The translations under genes and the position numbers were made by a program. The notes under the pieces are model-generated. The model saw only the letters and a program-made list of their open reading frames with translations. It was not told the origin of the DNA and did not search any database. A DNA stretch of 64,000 bases from an uncultured Actinomycetota bacterium (lineage in GTDB: Bacteria > Actinomycetota > Actinomycetes > Propionibacteriales > Nocardioidaceae): positions 495,194-559,193 of the forward strand of contig CAVWPK010000012.1 of assembly GCA_963756795.1 (NCBI GenBank), written 5' to 3'. Positions 43,901 to 53,043 of the stretch are shown here, one piece after another; positions within the stretch are counted from its first letter, which is position 1; each line of letters starts with the position of its first letter.

Positions 43901-44132
43901 CGGGCGTCTCGTCCTGCACGACCGGGCCCTTGAGGAAGAGCACGTGCACCTCGTGACCCTGGGCCGCAAGACCCTTGGCCAGGTGGTAGTAGGTGGATGC
44001 GATGCCGCCGTTGCGGACCGGGCCGATGATCTCCTCGGTCACGATGGCGACCCGAAGTCGGCTGGGCACATCGCTCAGCCCCACGGACTCGATGCCAGGG
44101 AAGCGCCTTACTTTGAAGTCGTCGCGTTGCAT
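40989..44132 (-). CDS. Large multidomain glycosyltransferase (GT4 + degenerate GT2-like + C-terminal domain)
   Basis: GPVRNGGIAS, VVHTSEW, FFGRLEARKG, PSLIEN, VGGTPEL; second module with GGFEP...HEYV; C-terminal GWAWD module. Confidence 0.85.
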   Translation of the reverse strand: MQRDDFKVRRFPGIESVGLSDVPSRLRVAIVTEEIIGPVRNGGIASTYYHLAKGLAAQGHEVHVLFLKGPVVQDETPEFWVTRYAEFGVTLHYLDVSETPVWCASPNWQRRYASAYDWLRDQEPFDVVHTSEWRGGLVYALMAKRLGLAFRDTLFLVKTSSPHIWNRHYQMLPITDTNLVAAAYAEQKCVELADVVIGGSAHLLSFMERIGYRLPETNVFVQPNIVDFSNVPVIDNRPGLPRQHGDVVKSRDLVFFGRLEARKGIEIFCNAIDLLHERGEIPDSVTFLGKWGGKLPAQGGMTPEDYLAEKAETWECPVVTVTGKNQPEALTFLTERDLIAVMPSLIENSTMAVYETLEQRVPFIATAVGGTPELVAERDHATCLVEPTAQDLADRLAVALREGQAIAHPQFSNDDNLDVWYGFHAYLGELIEQHGSTDAVAQIIEGIDKPADPADTISYVALVRRGDSLEDLVKACHTEAPDELVLGYTDVSVRTALEKVHGLLDDACPSVTIVNCLGQTAGTALNTLVAAQSSDAMFVADGLSTLPQFGFFAAARQALSHRPSTMFTTFFSTDDALLGMPLGGDVASQILTSRAYGSEVVALRKELFDVIGGFEPYDVRHGIVHEYVTRATEIGHDLLVLPEQLLAWPAADATGRTFKSDQMYAYLKAKPLIDASPLSQRKVLLAALHGGSGGGPGGVDERLLRTDSVDEADTHWLMPATWDPENATGAHQRRVILGLNAAQDELWFYARGPGERRLLVRGEEVPVDLVATRGVEGTEDYITLSVLPVPEDWTPSTSYPMIWGLYDEEEKLRSVFLRVNKIGSKTFALSGRNSVLSSRVLTELMDRQYGRPDLVAEPENDMTDELVSQAVAAAMDVVDGKLDPERVVLRSSDLLRNPPDGPRPITARSGLKPPERAEGWAEGDWLNGWAWDREDHDRVLHVAVMREGKPLLVVSADVADRSLEDVPGRGAHAYRIPVLPEFLTGGDLQLRVWETKGAVYRGRLYVTQGNVPRLRRVREDQGQAVLEGAGATAATPTPAVRRWWSKR

Positions 44133-44279
44133 GTGTCTCCCGGATCACAACCAGGCGAAGTCCCAGCCGACCTGGCCGGGCCCCGCACCGTCTCATGGCG
44201 CCTATGCCGCCATGAGACTATAGGAGGGACGCCGGGGGCATTGACGCTCCTTCCAAATAGACGCTGAGAGAGACGCCAC

Positions 44280-45323
44280 GTGGACCTGCGCCAAGATGAC
44301 GCCCCGGTCGAGGGAACCACCTCGCGCAAGGGTCGCCGAGGTCGTGTTCCAGGCCTGATCCGCCGCCACAAGGCGCTGTCGGTGCTGCTGGCCCTGGCCC
44401 TGCTCCTGTTGATCGGAGTCGGGTCGTGGGCGTGGATGCTCAACAACAAGATCGACGACATCCCGCGGTTCGAGGCCAGCTTCGACCGCGACGACCGCCC
44501 GGTCCGGTCCCAGCCCACCGAAGCGCTGAACGTGCTGCTGGTCGGAGTCGACGGGCGAGGGACCGACGTCCGGGAGCGTCTCGAGAGCGGCGACACCGGG
44601 CTCCTCAGCGACACGATGATGATCTGGCACCTCGACAAGGACCATCAGAACAGCCAGGTGGTGTCGTTCCCGCGCGACTCGTGGGTCGACATCCCCGGTC
44701 ACGGCCAGGCGAAGCTCAATGCGGCCTTCTCCTGGGGCGGTCCCGAGCTCCTCGTCGAGACGTTGGAGGACACCCTCGACATCTACATCGACCATGTCGC
44801 GGTGGTCGACTTCGAAGGCTTCAAGGACATCACCGACACCCTCGGCGGCGTCGACCTCGAGACAGCCGGTGGTGGCACTGAGCACTTCGACGGCGACGAG
44901 GCCCTGGAGTACGTCCGCGAGCGCAAGACGCTCCCCGGCGGCGACTTCGACCGGATCGACCGGCAGCAGAACTTCCTGCGCACCGTCCTCTTCGAGGTCA
45001 CCCGCACCGGCACCCGGATCAACCCGCTGACCGTCACCAACCTGATCGGCGACCTCGGCAAGCTGCTGGTGCTCGACGACGACTTCACCAACGACGAGAT
45101 CCGCGACCTCGGCTTCGACGTCATCCGCCGCGGCGCCGGCGAGGTCGAGTGGATGACCGCCTTCACCGACGGCACCGGCACTTCCGCCGACGGACAGAGC
45201 ATCGTCCTGCTCAACATCGAGAAGTCCCGAGAGCTGATGGGCGCGATCTCGCGCGACGAGTTCAAGGACTACCTCAAGGACAACAGGATCGACCGCCTCC
45301 CCAAGCCGGAAGAGGTCCCCTGA
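44280..45323 (+). CDS. LCP (LytR-CpsA-Psr) family glycopolymer-peptidoglycan ligase
   Basis: Single TM, NVLLVGVD, SDTMM, SFPRDSWV, KLNAAF, VDFEGF, YVRER, GDFDRIDRQQ. Confidence 0.95.
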   Translation: MDLRQDDAPVEGTTSRKGRRGRVPGLIRRHKALSVLLALALLLLIGVGSWAWMLNNKIDDIPRFEASFDRDDRPVRSQPTEALNVLLVGVDGRGTDVRERLESGDTGLLSDTMMIWHLDKDHQNSQVVSFPRDSWVDIPGHGQAKLNAAFSWGGPELLVETLEDTLDIYIDHVAVVDFEGFKDITDTLGGVDLETAGGGTEHFDGDEALEYVRERKTLPGGDFDRIDRQQNFLRTVLFEVTRTGTRINPLTVTNLIGDLGKLLVLDDDFTNDEIRDLGFDVIRRGAGEVEWMTAFTDGTGTSADGQSIVLLNIEKSRELMGAISRDEFKDYLKDNRIDRLPKPEEVP

Positions 45324-45380
45324 CCCTGCGCTTCTCGATCCGGACGTCCGGCACCATCGACCGAGGAGGCGGCCCCACCG

Positions 45381-46316
45381 TCAGCGGCGGAAGTGGAGGC
45401 CGACCTCGGGGTCGACGATGACCTCCTGCGCGGCAGTCAGGGTGTCAGCGACGAGGGGCGCGTCGGTGGACAGGTTGCGCTTGACGAGGGCCAGGGCGAT
45501 CGGGCCGAGCTCGTGGTGGCGGGCCGACGAGCCGATCCGGCCGACGACCTTGCCGGACTCGTCGGTCACGTCGGAGCCGACGGTGGGCAGCCGATTCTCC
45601 GAGCCGTCGAGGTGGAGGAGGGTGAGACGGCGTGGGGGACGGCCCAGGTTGTGCACGCGGGCGACCGTCTCCTGCCCGCGGTAGCAGCCCTTGTCGAGGT
45701 GGACGGCAGGGCCGATCCAGCCGACCTCGTTGGGGATGGTGCGGTGATCGGTGTCGACGCCGAACCGCGGCTCGCCACGCTCGATCCGCAACGCCTCGAA
45801 CGCCCAGTGGCCGGCGGCGGGACCGGCGGCGGCGGCGTACGCCGTCAGCTGGTCGCGCGGCACCAGGTCGTACTTGCCGGCGGGGCGCCAGGCGACCCCG
45901 ATCTCGGACGTCGCGTCGACGACCTCGACCCGCATCATGAACCGCATCCGGTCGAGGAAGTCGATCAGGGCCGCGGCGGCACCCGGCTCGGTGTGAGCCG
46001 TGAACGAGTCACCGTCGTCGACACCGGCGAACGCGTGCTCGACGTGGCCCTGCGGGCTGAGGACCAGCGCCTGGGTCCAGACACCGACCCCCAGACCCTC
46101 GAAGAGCTGGGTCGTCAGGGAGTGCAGCCAGCCGAGCCGGTCGGGCCCGGTGATCCGTACGACGTCGCGGTGGGACAGGTCGACGAAACCCTCACCCGCG
46201 GCGAGCGCCCGCTGCTCGCCGTACAGCGAGCCGTAGTGCGCGGCGACCGGCGCGTCGATCCCGTCGCCCGCGACGGCGCCGTCGAGCTGCAGCAGTGGGC
46301 TCTTCGCGGTGGTCAT
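45381..46316 (-). CDS. ygfZ: Folate-binding protein YgfZ
   Basis: ITGPDRLGWLH, HLDKGCYRGQETVAR signature. Confidence 0.93.
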   Translation of the reverse strand: MTTAKSPLLQLDGAVAGDGIDAPVAAHYGSLYGEQRALAAGEGFVDLSHRDVVRITGPDRLGWLHSLTTQLFEGLGVGVWTQALVLSPQGHVEHAFAGVDDGDSFTAHTEPGAAAALIDFLDRMRFMMRVEVVDATSEIGVAWRPAGKYDLVPRDQLTAYAAAAGPAAGHWAFEALRIERGEPRFGVDTDHRTIPNEVGWIGPAVHLDKGCYRGQETVARVHNLGRPPRRLTLLHLDGSENRLPTVGSDVTDESGKVVGRIGSSARHHELGPIALALVKRNLSTDAPLVADTLTAAQEVIVDPEVGLHFRR

Positions 46317-46753
46317 CAGGTTCCTTCGCAGTCGTGGCACAGGCCGAACACCGTCAGGTGCCCCAGGTCTGGGGAGAACGCATAACGGGCACCCAGGGAT
46401 TCCACGAACGGCGCGGCAACTTCGGCGTCGACCGAGAGCACCGTGCGGCAGGTGCGGCAGACGAGGTGGAAGTGCTCGTGCCCTCGGGTGGAGTGGTACG
46501 TCGGAGCCCGGTCGCTCAGATGGGCGTGCCGGACCAGCCCGAGCTCCTCGAGCACCTCGAGGGTGCGGTAGACGGTGGAGGCGTTGACGGTCGCCGTGTG
46601 CTGCTGGACCTGGGCCAGCACCTCGTCGGGTGTTGCGTGGCCGAGCTCGTCGACGGCGGCGAGGATCAGCTCGCGTTGTGGCGTGAGGCGGTAGCCCTTC
46701 TCCCGAAGAGTCTGCCGCCAGTCCGCCGGTTTCGAGGCTCGCTCCGCCCGCAC
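46316..46753 (-). CDS. nur: Fur-family regulator, Nur (nickel uptake regulator)-like
   Basis: GYRLTPQR, HATPD, STVYRTL, HAH, HEHFHLVC..C, GHL..FG.C..C correspond to Streptomyces Nur metal ligands as I recall them; syntenic with FABP and ygfZ. Confidence 0.8.
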   Translation of the reverse strand: MRAERASKPADWRQTLREKGYRLTPQRELILAAVDELGHATPDEVLAQVQQHTATVNASTVYRTLEVLEELGLVRHAHLSDRAPTYHSTRGHEHFHLVCRTCRTVLSVDAEVAAPFVESLGARYAFSPDLGHLTVFGLCHDCEGT

Positions 46754-46754
46754 G

Positions 46755-47255
46755 TCAACCTCCGGTGCGCTGGAGTCTCGCCCACAGGTGCGGTTGGAGC
46801 TGCTGCCCCATCGCGGCCATGTCGTAGGCGTAGAGCAGGTCGCCGTCGACGTTGCCGTAGAGGCGCTTGCCGGCGACGTACTCCTTGGCCGAGTCGGTGC
46901 GGGCGACCGCGTCGGTGACGACCTCGAGCTTGCCCCCGCCGGCATCGCCGTACCAGATCTCGACGAAGCCGGTCATGTGCGCGAGGAGCACCTCGACCTT
47001 GCCCTCGGGACGGGCCCGGATGAAACCGGTCTCCTGTGCTGCGTCACGGACCTTGTTGCCTTCTCCGTCGACGATCCACGAGCGGGCGAGGTAGTGGAAG
47101 AAGGGCCGTCCGTCCTGCTGGAAGATCAGCTCCTGGCCGAACTGGAACGGCTCGATCGTCGGGTAGTCACCGTGGCCGTTGCCCTGCCACGTGCCGAGCA
47201 TCCAGGCGATCGGCCCGCAATCGGGGTGCAGGTTCTGAGGGATCTCGAAGGCCAC
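46755..47255 (-). CDS. FABP family / nitrobindin-like (DUF1794) protein
   Basis: WMLGTWQGNGHGDYPTI, ETGF, RLYG, MAAMGQ.LQPHL. Confidence 0.9.
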   Translation of the reverse strand: MAFEIPQNLHPDCGPIAWMLGTWQGNGHGDYPTIEPFQFGQELIFQQDGRPFFHYLARSWIVDGEGNKVRDAAQETGFIRARPEGKVEVLLAHMTGFVEIWYGDAGGGKLEVVTDAVARTDSAKEYVAGKRLYGNVDGDLLYAYDMAAMGQQLQPHLWARLQRTGG

Positions 47256-47295
47256 AGTCGTCAAGTCTAGAGAACCGCCCTCTAGGCTGGCCGCC

Positions 47296-47658
47296 ATGGC
47301 GCGTGAACTGGTGGTCAAGGTGACGTGTGGGACCGATGCTCCGGAGCGGGCGAACCAGGGTTTCACGGTGGCGGCGACCGCAGCCGCGTCCGGCGCGTCC
47401 GTCTCGCTGTGGCTCACCGGCGAGGCAGTGTGGCTCGCCGTGCCCGGCCGTGCCGCGGAGCTTGCGCTGCCGCTGGCGACACCAGTGTCGGACCTGCTGG
47501 CCAGCGTCCTCGATCTCGGCACGGTCACCGTGTGCTCACAATGTGCCGCACGCCGTGAGCTCGGCCAGGCCGATGTGCTGTCGGGCGTCCGGATCGCCGG
47601 CGCTCCCGTCTTCATCGAGGAAGCGCTGCGTGACGGCGCGCAGGCGCTGGTCTACTGA
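47296..47658 (+). CDS. DsrE/DsrF-like family protein
   Basis: LWLTGEAVWLA, VCSQCAARR, IAGA. Confidence 0.85.
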   Translation: MARELVVKVTCGTDAPERANQGFTVAATAAASGASVSLWLTGEAVWLAVPGRAAELALPLATPVSDLLASVLDLGTVTVCSQCAARRELGQADVLSGVRIAGAPVFIEEALRDGAQALVY

Positions 47659-47685
47659 CCTCCGGCTGAGCCGTAGGGTCTTGCC

Positions 47686-48555
47686 GTGAACCGGCCGTTC
47701 GTCACTGCTGTGTCCGGCCTTGCTCTGCTGAGCGTGCTTTCGGCCAACGCCGGGTGCGACAACAAGCCCCAGCAGGACGGTCTCGAGGTCGGTCCTGGCG
47801 ACCGCTACGTCGCACTCGGCGACTCCTACACCGCTGCGCCCGGGACCGGCGACCTGGTGGTCGCCGACGGCTGCTCGCAGACCGTCAACAACTACCCACA
47901 CCGGGTCGCCGAGGCCACGGGGGCCGCGTTGCAGGACAACAGCTGCAGCCGCGCCAACACCGGCCACCTGACCGAAGCGCAGGACGGCACCACGCGCGGG
48001 CCGCAGATCGAGGACATCGATGAGGACACCGACCTGGTGACCATGCGGTTGGGCGCGAACGACTACAACCTCTTCTTCCGGGTCATCGAGTGCGCCCGCC
48101 GTTTCGGTCCGGACCTGCCGGGTACGCCGTGCGCCGACCTCGATGCCACCGGAGGTGACCAGAGCCTCGACAACCGGCTACCGAAGGTGCAGGACAACCT
48201 GGACCGTGCGGTCGACCGGATCCAGGGCCGGGCGCCGGACGCGCGGATCATCCTGATCGGCTATCCCCACCTGGCGCCGGCGGAAGGAACCTGCGACCTG
48301 CTCCCGCTGTCGGCCGGGGACTACGCCTACGCACGCCGGATCATCGACGGTCTCAACGAGGCGCTCGCGGCGGTCGCGGACGCCCACGACCTGACCTTCA
48401 TCGACATGGAGGACCCGAGCGAGGGCCACGACACCTGCGGCGCAGAGCCGTGGATGGCCGGACCTGTCCCCGGGCCCGGCGCGACCCCGTGGCACCCCTA
48501 CGCCGCCGAGGGCGAGGCGGTGGCCGAGCTGGTGCTCGAGGAGCTGGGCCGATGA
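47686..48555 (+). CDS. SGNH/GDSL hydrolase lipoprotein
   Basis: NAGC lipobox, YVALGDSY, CS.A, GAND, GYP, GHDTC, WHP. Confidence 0.9.
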   Translation: MNRPFVTAVSGLALLSVLSANAGCDNKPQQDGLEVGPGDRYVALGDSYTAAPGTGDLVVADGCSQTVNNYPHRVAEATGAALQDNSCSRANTGHLTEAQDGTTRGPQIEDIDEDTDLVTMRLGANDYNLFFRVIECARRFGPDLPGTPCADLDATGGDQSLDNRLPKVQDNLDRAVDRIQGRAPDARIILIGYPHLAPAEGTCDLLPLSAGDYAYARRIIDGLNEALAAVADAHDLTFIDMEDPSEGHDTCGAEPWMAGPVPGPGATPWHPYAAEGEAVAELVLEELGR

Positions 48556-49427
48556 GGCGGCGGTTGCTCCCCGTGGTTCTGGTCAGCCTCGTCGCGCCGC
48601 TCACCGCGTGCCAGGACGAGCCGGCGGGCGACAGCCCGGCGCCCGTCCTCGGAAGCGGGGATCAGTACGTCGCCCTCGGCGACTCCTTCACGGCGGCGCC
48701 CCGCACCGGCCCCGAGGTGGGCGACAACGGCTGTCTCAACACGACCGTCAACTACCCGCACCGGATCGCTCAGGCGACCGGTGCGGAGCTCGTCGACAAC
48801 AGCTGCAGCGGCGCCACCACGAAGAACCTGACGGTGCCGCAGCCCACCCTCGCCGGGCCGCACCGTCCCCAGCTCAGCGGTGTCGACGCCGGAACGGAGC
48901 TGGTGACGATCCGTCTAGGTGCCAACGACAGCAACCTCTACGCGCGGATCGTCAACTGTGCGCGCTTCTTCGGCCGGGACGCGCCGGGCACACCTTGCGC
49001 GGACTTCGACGCGACCAGGGCCCGGGTCCGCGTGGCTCCAGCCCTTGCCGGCCTGGAGGTCGACCTGGTCCGCGGGCTGGAGGAGATCGAGGAGCGCGCG
49101 CCGCACGCCCAGGTCTTCGTGATCGGCTACCCGCAGGTGATCCCGGAGGAGGGCACCTGCGGGCTGCTGCCGCTGCCCGAGGGGGATCACGCGTACGCAC
49201 GGCGGATCATCGACGGTCTCAACAACGCACTCGAGTCAGCGGCAGCAGAGGTCGGGGCCACCTTCATCGACATGTACGGGGTCAGCGCGGGTCACGACAT
49301 CTGCGGCGACGACCCGTGGATCGCCGGTGCGTCGATCGCCGCGAAGGGCGCGACCCCGTGGCACCCCTACGCCGCGGAGGCGCGAGCCGTCGCCGAGCTG
49401 GTCCTGGCGGAGCTCGACAAGGCGTGA
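48552..49427 (+). CDS. SGNH/GDSL hydrolase lipoprotein (tandem paralog)
   Basis: LTAC lipobox, YVALGDSF, CSGATT, GAND, GYP, GHDIC, WHP; ATGA overlap with the first copy. Confidence 0.9.
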   Translation: MRRRLLPVVLVSLVAPLTACQDEPAGDSPAPVLGSGDQYVALGDSFTAAPRTGPEVGDNGCLNTTVNYPHRIAQATGAELVDNSCSGATTKNLTVPQPTLAGPHRPQLSGVDAGTELVTIRLGANDSNLYARIVNCARFFGRDAPGTPCADFDATRARVRVAPALAGLEVDLVRGLEEIEERAPHAQVFVIGYPQVIPEEGTCGLLPLPEGDHAYARRIIDGLNNALESAAAEVGATFIDMYGVSAGHDICGDDPWIAGASIAAKGATPWHPYAAEARAVAELVLAELDKA

Positions 49428-49431
49428 CCGC

Positions 49432-50616
49432 TCAGCTCGCGACGCGGAGCAGGATCTCTTCGAACTTCGTTGCGCACAGGGTGAGCTCGAACTCCCGCTC
49501 GGCAAGCTCGCGAGCACGGCGACCGAGCTTGTCCCACAGGTCGTTGTCGGAGATCACCTCGGTCACCCAGTCCGCGGCGGCCGGGATCGAGCCGCGGTCC
49601 GGCGCCAGCACGCACCCACCAGCAGCGTCGATGAGGTGCGCGGCGAGGTTCTCGTCGGGCATCAGACCGAGGATCGGGCGGGCGGCGCAGAGGTAGGACA
49701 GCGTCTTGGACGGCACCGAGAAGGCGCCGGCCGACTTGTCGAGGACCACCAGCAGGACGTCGCCCGACCCCAGAACCTCGGAGAGTCGCTCGTAGGGCTG
49801 GAACGGCAACAGCGTGATCGGGACGTCGAGCTTGCGCGCCTCGTCGGCGAGCTCGGCGACGGCGTTGCCCTCGGTGATCACGGTCAGCCGGGCCGGGGTC
49901 CCCCGGTCGCGCACCGCGCGCGCCAGCTGCACGAGCAGCCGAGGGTTGTGCTTGAGCCCGAGGGTGCCCGAGTAGACCAGGTTGGGCGCGTCGGCCAGGT
50001 CCTGCTCCTGTGCCCAGGCGTTGTCCCGCGGGGTCGGGACCAGCTCGTCGAGGGGCGCCCAGTTGGGAATCACCGTGGTCTTGTCGGCCGTGCCCCACTT
50101 GCGGTGGACGTCGACGAACGCCTCGGCGATCACGACGATCTCGTCAGCACGCCGGTTGCACCACCGCTCGACCCAGCCCGCGACGTGGGCGAAGACGAGG
50201 AAGCCACGGCTGAGCTTGGTGCCCGCGAAGGAGCGCATGGCGATGCCCTGGACGTCTTGCTGCCAGGAGACCCACGGCGTGCGGGTGACGAAGAGGAAAA
50301 GGGTGACGACTGCCATCATCGGAACCGGCACGTTGCCGAAGAGGAGTACGTCGGGCCGTCGGCGTCGGACCTGCTTGGCCAGCTGGACGCCGTACCGGAG
50401 CTCCTGGACGAGCCGCCGCGCGAAGCTGAGCTTCTCGACCACCTCGCCCTGGCCGATGGCCTCGAACATGACGTGGTCGTGGCCGCCGAGGTTGCCCTTG
50501 CCGGAGACGTGCGCTTCACACCAGGAGTGCGTCACGTCGTGACCGCGGCGCGCGAGCTCGGCGCTCAGCTCGACCTGGAAGGGGTGGCCGCTGTAGTCGT
50601 GCACAAGAAGACGCAC
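49432..50616 (-). CDS. Glycosyltransferase family 4 (WcaI-like)
   Basis: HDYSGHPFQ, WQQDV, IPNWAP, YSGTLGLKH, FSVPSK.LSYL. Confidence 0.9.
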   Translation of the reverse strand: MRLLVHDYSGHPFQVELSAELARRGHDVTHSWCEAHVSGKGNLGGHDHVMFEAIGQGEVVEKLSFARRLVQELRYGVQLAKQVRRRRPDVLLFGNVPVPMMAVVTLFLFVTRTPWVSWQQDVQGIAMRSFAGTKLSRGFLVFAHVAGWVERWCNRRADEIVVIAEAFVDVHRKWGTADKTTVIPNWAPLDELVPTPRDNAWAQEQDLADAPNLVYSGTLGLKHNPRLLVQLARAVRDRGTPARLTVITEGNAVAELADEARKLDVPITLLPFQPYERLSEVLGSGDVLLVVLDKSAGAFSVPSKTLSYLCAARPILGLMPDENLAAHLIDAAGGCVLAPDRGSIPAAADWVTEVISDNDLWDKLGRRARELAEREFELTLCATKFEEILLRVAS

Positions 50617-50710
50617 AGCTCGCCTCTTCCTGGAGTGTCGGGATCAACGGGGTCTGGGCAGACCGAGCTACTCCGGCTCTCCAACGAGCGATATCACTTG
50701 AGGTCACACC

Positions 50711-51565
50711 TCAGTCGGCTCCAATCTGCAGCAGGGTGCGTGCTTCGGCGGGCGTCATCGCGCGCCGCTGGGCGATGTCACCCATGACGACTGCCCGCTC
50801 GACCAGCTCCTTGTTGTTCGCGACGGGCACTCCCTTGCGGATCGTGAGCACGTCCTCCATGCCGACCCGGAGGTGGCCGCCCTTGCTGAGCGCAGCGAGC
50901 GCGACCGGCAACGTCGACCGGCCGATCCCGGTCGCCGACCAGCTGGTGACCTGGGCGGGGAGCCCGGCCACGGCCGCGACGAGGGCGTCGGCGGTCCCGG
51001 GCATGCCGCCCGGGACGCCCATCACCAGGTCGCAGTGGACGCTGCCGCCATGGGGCAGCCCGTAGCGGTCGAGCAGTCGGTGCAGGGCGGCGACGTGGCC
51101 GAGGTCGAAGAGCTCGAACTCCGGCACCACTCGGCGCTCCTGGCTGAGCTGGTAGAGGTCGCAGACGAACGGCCACGGGTTGCTGAAGACGTCGTCGCCG
51201 AAGTTCGTCGTACCCATGGTGAGGCTGCACGAGTCCGGGGCCGCGTCCAGCACCTTCAGCCGGTCCGAGAGTGGGTCATGGACCGAGCCACCCGTGGAGA
51301 GCTGGACGACCAGGTCAGTGCTCTCCCGCAGCGCCTGGACGGTGTCGGTGAGCCGGGCCAGGTCCAGGGTCGGCCGGTGCGCCTCGTCGCGGATGTGCAC
51401 GTGGATCATGGCCGCGCCGGCCGCCTCGCACTCCTGGGCGGTCTGCACGAGCTCCTCGAGGGTGGTCGGGAGCTGCGGGAAGTCCGCCTTCGAGGTCTCC
51501 GCGCCGGTCGGGGCCACGGTGATCAGCAATGCTTGCGGGTCGACGGCGCTGTTCCTCTGTTCCAT
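50711..51565 (-). CDS. 3-keto-5-aminohexanoate cleavage (BKACE/DUF849) family protein
   Basis: [38 protein letters not shown]. Confidence 0.92.
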   Translation of the reverse strand: MEQRNSAVDPQALLITVAPTGAETSKADFPQLPTTLEELVQTAQECEAAGAAMIHVHIRDEAHRPTLDLARLTDTVQALRESTDLVVQLSTGGSVHDPLSDRLKVLDAAPDSCSLTMGTTNFGDDVFSNPWPFVCDLYQLSQERRVVPEFELFDLGHVAALHRLLDRYGLPHGGSVHCDLVMGVPGGMPGTADALVAAVAGLPAQVTSWSATGIGRSTLPVALAALSKGGHLRVGMEDVLTIRKGVPVANNKELVERAVVMGDIAQRRAMTPAEARTLLQIGAD

Positions 51566-51628
51566 CCGGTCATCGTGTCAGATCGCCGGATGATCTGCCG
51601 CCTCGCCGGGGCCGCGAGAATGGTCGGC

Positions 51629-52072
51629 ATGCGAGCAGTCGTGCAGCGGGTCCGGTCGGCATCGGTGAGCGTCGGCGGCGAGGTGGTCGGCGCCATCGAC
51701 GTGCCCGGCCTGCTGGTCTACCTCGGCATCACCCACGACGACGGCCCCGCCGACGTCGCCTGGATGGCGCGCAAGGTCCGCGACCTACGGATCCTTCGCG
51801 ACGAGGAGTCGGCAGCCGCCGCTGGCGCCCCGGTGCTGGTGGTCAGCCAGTTCACCCTGTACGGCGACGTCCGCAAGGGTCGGCGGCCGACCTGGACCGC
51901 GGCTGCGCCGGGCACCGTGAGCGAGCCGCTGTACGACGCGGTCTGCGCCGAGCTCGAGCGCCTGGGCACTCACGTCGAGCGCGGGGTGTTCGGCGCGATG
52001 ATGCAGGTGTCGTCGGTCAACGACGGACCGTTCACCCTGCTGCTCGAGCGAGGTACGCCGTTCGAGCGCTGA
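51629..52072 (+). CDS. dtd: D-aminoacyl-tRNA deacylase
   Basis: [38 protein letters not shown]. Confidence 0.96.
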   Translation: MRAVVQRVRSASVSVGGEVVGAIDVPGLLVYLGITHDDGPADVAWMARKVRDLRILRDEESAAAAGAPVLVVSQFTLYGDVRKGRRPTWTAAAPGTVSEPLYDAVCAELERLGTHVERGVFGAMMQVSSVNDGPFTLLLERGTPFER

Positions 52073-52120
52073 CCAGCGCGCGGCGACAGCTCGCGCCAGA
52101 CGGGTCTCGTCCGCTCCGGG

Positions 52121-52552
52121 TCAGGCAGGACGACGCGAGGCGCGGGCACCGAGCAGGTAGAGCTCGCAGCCCAGGCAGAGCCCGAAGACCGCGTTGAGCA
52201 GGGCGGCCAGCAGCGCGAACCCGACGGCGACCTGGGCCACCACCACGGCGCCGGTGAGGTAGCCGACGAGGGCGACCACCGCGAACGCCAGACCGACGAG
52301 CTGCGCGAACCGCGGGGGCGCCGGGTCCTCCAGGTCCGCCGGCGGCGTGAGCCGGGGTCGGATCAGGGTGCGGAAGAAAAGGCCGGTCGGGGTGCGCTGC
52401 ACACCCATCCCGACGCCGATCGCGAAGAACAGCGCCTGGACGGCGACCAGCGCGGTCGCGACCGGCTCGGACACGACGAGCACGACCGCGAGGAGGACGG
52501 CGGTGACCGATGCCGTGAAGCGAGGGCCCCGAGGATCGATCCCGCCGGTCAT
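52121..52552 (-). CDS. DUF4395 domain membrane protein
   Basis: IDPRGPRF, EDPAPPRFAQLVG, FGLCLGCELY. Confidence 0.9.
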   Translation of the reverse strand: MTGGIDPRGPRFTASVTAVLLAVVLVVSEPVATALVAVQALFFAIGVGMGVQRTPTGLFFRTLIRPRLTPPADLEDPAPPRFAQLVGLAFAVVALVGYLTGAVVVAQVAVGFALLAALLNAVFGLCLGCELYLLGARASRRPA

Positions 52553-52983
52553 CGGAGCACCCCCGCGGAGCGCGCGAGCGCGGCCAGCACCTGTTGCTTC
52601 TGCGGCGCCCCGGCCGCCCGCAGCACCTCGTGCCCGGCGCCGTCCAGGACCAGGGTCGTCGGCGTGCGTCGTACGTCGAGGGCCCGAACGAGCTCGAGGT
52701 GCTGTTCGGCGTCGATCTCGACGTGGTGTACGCCGTCCTCCTGGGCCGCCACGTCGCCGAGCACCACGCGTGCGGTGCGGCAGGGCGCGCAGAACGCAGA
52801 CGAGAACTGCACCAGGGTCGCGCGCTCGCCCTTGACGATGTCCGGCGCGGCGGCGAGCACGCGGTCCCAGGCCGTGGGCGTCGCACCGGCGTGCGGCACG
52901 AACCGGCCGTCGACCTGGCGCCGGTAGAGGCCGAAACCGACGGCGACGACAGCAGCCAGGGCGAGGATCGTGAGTCCGGTCAT
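52549..52983 (-). CDS. Membrane-anchored thioredoxin-family protein
   Basis: N-terminal TM; FSSAFCAPC; RTPTT. Confidence 0.88.
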   Translation of the reverse strand: MTGLTILALAAVVAVGFGLYRRQVDGRFVPHAGATPTAWDRVLAAAPDIVKGERATLVQFSSAFCAPCRTARVVLGDVAAQEDGVHHVEIDAEQHLELVRALDVRRTPTTLVLDGAGHEVLRAAGAPQKQQVLAALARSAGVLR

Positions 52984-53043
52984 GTCAGTCCTCAACCACG
53001 ACGGTGGGCCCGGGCATTCCGCGAGCCACGACGGTCATGTCCA

